From: the human T2T-CHM13v2.0 reference genome, Homo sapiens | Assembly (NCBI RefSeq): GCF_009914755.1 | Contig: NC_060930.1 | Length of the DNA stretch: 64,000 nucleotides | Reading direction: 5' to 3' (one strand) | Shown here: piece by piece, positions 57,185-64,000 of the stretch | Layout of the letters: the number at the start of each line of letters is the position of its first letter | How positions within the stretch are numbered: position 1 is the stretch's first letter | Notes under the pieces: generated by a model | What the model saw: the letters and a program-made list of their open reading frames with translations, nothing else | Database searches by the model: none | Told to the model about the DNA's origin: nothing | Translations under genes and position numbers: made by a program

Positions 57185-58832
57185 AAAAAGCAAAAATCTG
57201 TTTAAAATGTAGAGTACTTTACAAATTCTCAACATTTATCCTAATAATGAGTACTATTTGGTCAATTTCATTTAAGTATTAGAATTATAGATTCACCAAT
57301 CTATACAAGTGTTATACATACATGTGACAATGTGTGTGTTCTGTAAGTGGCAAGGACTTTTGAATTATGACATTCAATATATGTTGGTGCTGGGCATGGC
57401 AGCTTGTGCCACTAATTCCAGCTACTCAGGAGGCTGAGGTGGGAGGATGACTTAAGGCCAGGAGTTTGAGGCTGCAGTGAGATATGATTATTGCCATCTG
57501 GGCAACAGAGTGAGACCCTCATGTCTGAAAAGAAAAAAAAGATGATGGTAATTGTGCAGGATTTCTGAAGTCAGTCTTTATTCATCTATCCATCAGACAT
57601 TTATTGAGCATCTGTTCTGTGCCAGGCACTGAGCTAGGCACTAGGAGACAAAAAGCAATCTCTGCTGCATAGCATATGTGGCAGAGCCCTGGAGAGGTAG
57701 GGGAAGGAAGACAAATAGTAAACAGTAACTCCAGGAGAGCATGAGTCCTGGAACCAAGTATGCCTAAGGTGCTTTTGAGCATTCAGGACAGATTCAGACT
57801 CAGGGAGGGGATGAGGACAGCAGCACGCAAAGCTTCCCAGAGGGCGGAGAGTCTCACCTGGGTTTGGAGGACAGCAGCAGGGAAACCTTCTCAAAGGACA
57901 GAAAGTCTCACCTGGGTTTGGTATGAACTGTGGGCATAAGCCGGTGAAAGGAGGCTATGAAGGTGGGAGGCTATGGAGTTGACTGCTCTAGGAAAGAAAG
58001 TGGGAGGAAGAGTTTACTCCTACAAGACAGTAACAGATAGCAAGATAGATCTGTCTGGGGGCATTCACCAAGGCCCTCAAGGAGCCTGCGAAGAACGTTG
58101 AATCTCTGGAGACAGACCAACCTGGATCCAAGTCTCGCGTCCACCACTTACTGAACATGTGGCTCTGGGCAAGGTGTTTGGTCTGTTTAAGCTTCAGATC
58201 CCGTGTCTGTAAAAAGGAGATAATAATAACTATTCCATAAGACTGCTGTGAAAAATTAGATAAGAAAAGTATTTCAAATGTCGAGCAAGATTTATTTGCA
58301 CCAAGTTAGAATAGCAATTGGCAGAAACTTTTTCGTTTGTTCTTTTTTGTTTGTTTCAATCCATTGTGTTTATTACATATTACTTTAAGAGCAAAGAAGC
58401 TCTGAAGTTAGAACATTTTCACTCATATCTCTGTTGGCTCTACCACAACCAGAGGTAGAATGTTTAGCAAGTGATTTAACTTCACTGAGCCTCATTTTTC
58501 ATATCTATAAAGTGATGATAATAATAAATAATATCTACCCCATAGGCTCGTTGTAAGGATTAAATGAGACAATCGATATAAAATACTACTTAACCCAGTG
58601 CTGGACATGTAGTAAGCATTCAGTAAATTTTAATTGTTCTTTGATATGTTATTTAATTTTTTGTTATTTGGGATTCCTCATTAACTAGCATCTTATTATA
58701 GAATGAAGTTTCTTTACTAAGAAAATGCCATAATGACCTTGCCTTGAGCTCTGTGTTTAATATTCCTGCATTTCAGGTTTCCTTATTAATTTTCCTATAA
58801 CTTGCATTTTCAGAATCTTAAAGATGCTGTTC

Positions 58833-61345
<2,513 letters not shown>

Positions 61346-63149
61346 CAAAAACCTAGGATTTTTAAAAGATGAAAAGCAGCGTAAACAATCACTTCTAATT
61401 CTAAAATCCTGTCATTTCTTTTCTAAGATTAAATCTTCTTTATTCTTTTTAATTTTTTCCTTTTAAAATATAGTATCTCTTGAATTGTTGCTATGTCATT
61501 GCCTTTGTTTATCTAGTACCATCTGCTTCTGCTATATCTATTGGCAAGCTGTTCTTGCTGCAAAAGGAACTTTGCAGATTTAGTTTTAAAAAACGCCCAA
61601 CCATTTCATATGTCACATATTCATCAATGAAAAGGGAAAACCAGGTCTCAATAACTAGAAAACCGCTATGGTAAGCTCTTAGATCATCATCTTCTTCTTC
61701 TTCTTCTTTTTTTCTCACAATGAAGAAAGAATCTGGAAGAAGCCATCATGTGAATACAAACTATTGACAATTCTCTCCATTAACTTGTTGTTGTTGTTGT
61801 TGTTGTTGTTGTTTTGAGTCAAAGTTTTTGCTCTCGTTGCCCAGGCTGGAGTGCAATGGCGTGATCTTGGCTCACTGCAACCTCTGCCGCCTGGCTTGAA
61901 ATGATTCTCCTGCCTCAGCCTCCCGAGTAGCTGTGATTACAGGTGCCCACCACCACACCCAGCTAATTTTTTATATTTTTAGTAGAGACAAGGTTTCACC
62001 ATGTTGGCCAGGTTGGTCTCGAACTCCTGACCTTCAGGTGATCCACCTGCCTTGGTCTCCCAAAGTGCTGGAATTACAGGTGTGAGCCACCACACCCAGC
62101 CTCTCCATTAATTTGTATATCTGCCACCTGGGGACCCACTGTAAAATAAATACTACTGTTCCTTTATGGATAGTACTGTATTGTTTTCACACTTGATTTC
62201 ATTAATTCCAGTTAACGTATACCAACCTTTGTGCTCAAGATCTAGAACAATAAACTCTTCACTTTGGAAGACAGTTTAATCTCCATGTACTGAAAACCAC
62301 TAATTTTACAGGTGAGAAACTGTGGGAATGACTGAGTGATTTGCCCAGTGCTCATGTGGCTAAAGATCAAGCCTGCCCGCCCACCTTATGACTTCCATTT
62401 TTTGCCTTTAGCGAGTAAAGCAGTAGGGATTAAAAGTGTATGTTCTAGAGCCAGACTAGCTGGGTTCCAAGCCCAACTCTTAATATTTAATAGCTATGTG
62501 ACCTGAGGCATATTAAACTCTTTAAGTCTTAGCTTCTTTATTTGCAAAATGAGGATAATATTCCTCATTTATAAAATTATGACAAATAAGTTAATATACG
62601 TATTCTAAATTATTTACATTGTTTAAGTATTAGCTATCATGTTTTGTTCATTATTCTACCTTCAGGACCTAAAATAGTACCTGCACAATGACTTTGCTAA
62701 ATGAATAATTGAATGGATAAAGGGTAAGCTGCTTCCCTATGCCATCATTGACTAGTTGACTTAAAAAAATTTTTTTAACATATATTTTTGTGGAAGGATG
62801 GTTCTCACTGTCAGACATCAATAGGTTAGTTTGAGTTGCAGAAGGTAAATGAAAATTGTAGGTAGGACTACTTTTAAGATTTTTGATCTACATTAATATG
62901 TTATGAAGAAATAATATGGCTGAACATTTCCCAAATTTAGTGAAGGATAGATTCAACCCAATGAATGAAAACCAAGCAAGATAGTAAGACTTCGTTTAGG
63001 CACATTGTAGTCATCAGTCAGACTGGTGAAAACTAAAGTTTAAGAAAAAAACTTGGATGGGCTTGGTGGCTCATACCTGTAATCCTAGCACCTTCGGAGG
63101 CCGAGGCAAGAAGGGATTGCTTGAGCCCAGGAGTTCAAGACAAGCCTCA

Positions 63150-63422
<273 letters not shown>

Positions 63423-63549
63423 TTATATTCCTTCCTCTTCCACTTTCCATTGCAACCAATAAAGATGGTTTGTAACATTAAAAAAAGAAGGAAGAAAGGA
63501 AGGGAGGAGGGGGGGAGGGAGGGAAAGAAAAGAAAAGAAAAAGAAAAAA

Positions 63550-64000
63550 CTGAAAGTTCTCAGAGAAAAATACATTACATACAAGGGACACATTACATAC
63601 ATGGGAGCAATGGTTGACTGCTTCTCATTAGGGACATGGAAGCTAGGAGGTAAATGAACAACATCTTAAAGTACTGAAGGAAAAAACAAAATATGTCAAC
63701 TTAGAACTCTATATCTAGTGAAACTATCCTTCACAAATGAAGACAATAAAATCACAATGAGATATCACTACACACCCACTAAAGTAGCTAAAATTAAAGA
63801 AAGACTAACAATACCATCTTTTGGCAAGCAATTAGGAGTCTTATACAGCTGGTGAGAATGTAAAATGGTACAATCTTTTAGGAAAACAGTTTAGCAGTTT
63901 CTAAAAAAAGTTAAACATACATCTACCATATGACCATCCATTCCACTTTCAAGTGTTTACCCAAGAGAAATGAAAGCATATATCCAAACAAAGAATTGGG
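63550..64000 (+). mobile_element. Old L1M remnants
   Basis: Degenerate L1 ORF1/ORF2 motifs (CTAGTGAAACTATCCTTCA..AATGAAG; ATGAGATATCACTACACACCCACTA; GGTGAGAATGTAAAATGGTACAA). Confidence 0.7.

Noticed and set aside
61509-61718. Minus-strand ORF beginning MRKKEEEEEDDD
   Set aside because: The acidic run comes from a (CTT)n/(CAT)n microsatellite; GTG start; no recognisable homology.

Overview
Primate (human-like) genomic DNA, very Alu-dense (about 90 Alu copies or fragments by manual count), matching the MTO1-EEF1A1 locus. The + strand carries the last nine constitutive coding exons of MTO1, the mitochondrial tRNA U34 modification enzyme of the GidA/MnmG family (1772-29158; its 5' end lies upstream of the window). 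Two in-frame Alu-derived cassette exons and a candidate long Alu-rich 3'UTR reaching about 38340 also belong to MTO1. The - strand carries the complete, compact EEF1A1 gene: TATA box, 5'TOP start at 50136, 8 exons, a 1389-nt CDS for 462 aa, and proximal and distal poly(A) signals. The two genes converge tail-to-tail. A second CpG island at about 52.6-53.0 kb looks like a bidirectional promoter. The window also holds retroposed copies of three non-coding RNAs (28S rRNA 3' end, 7SL, BC200), nested L1s, MaLR solo LTRs (one with a micro-inversion), MER MITEs and microsatellites. There is no prokaryotic content or CRISPR array, and I cannot support a wholly new biological system. The most notable observations are the Alu exonizations, the ncRNA retrocopies, a 92-nt near-perfect hairpin, and a stop-free in-frame EEF1A1 intron. 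Repeat family names come from recalled consensus sequences, and repeat boundaries are approximate unless TSDs are given.
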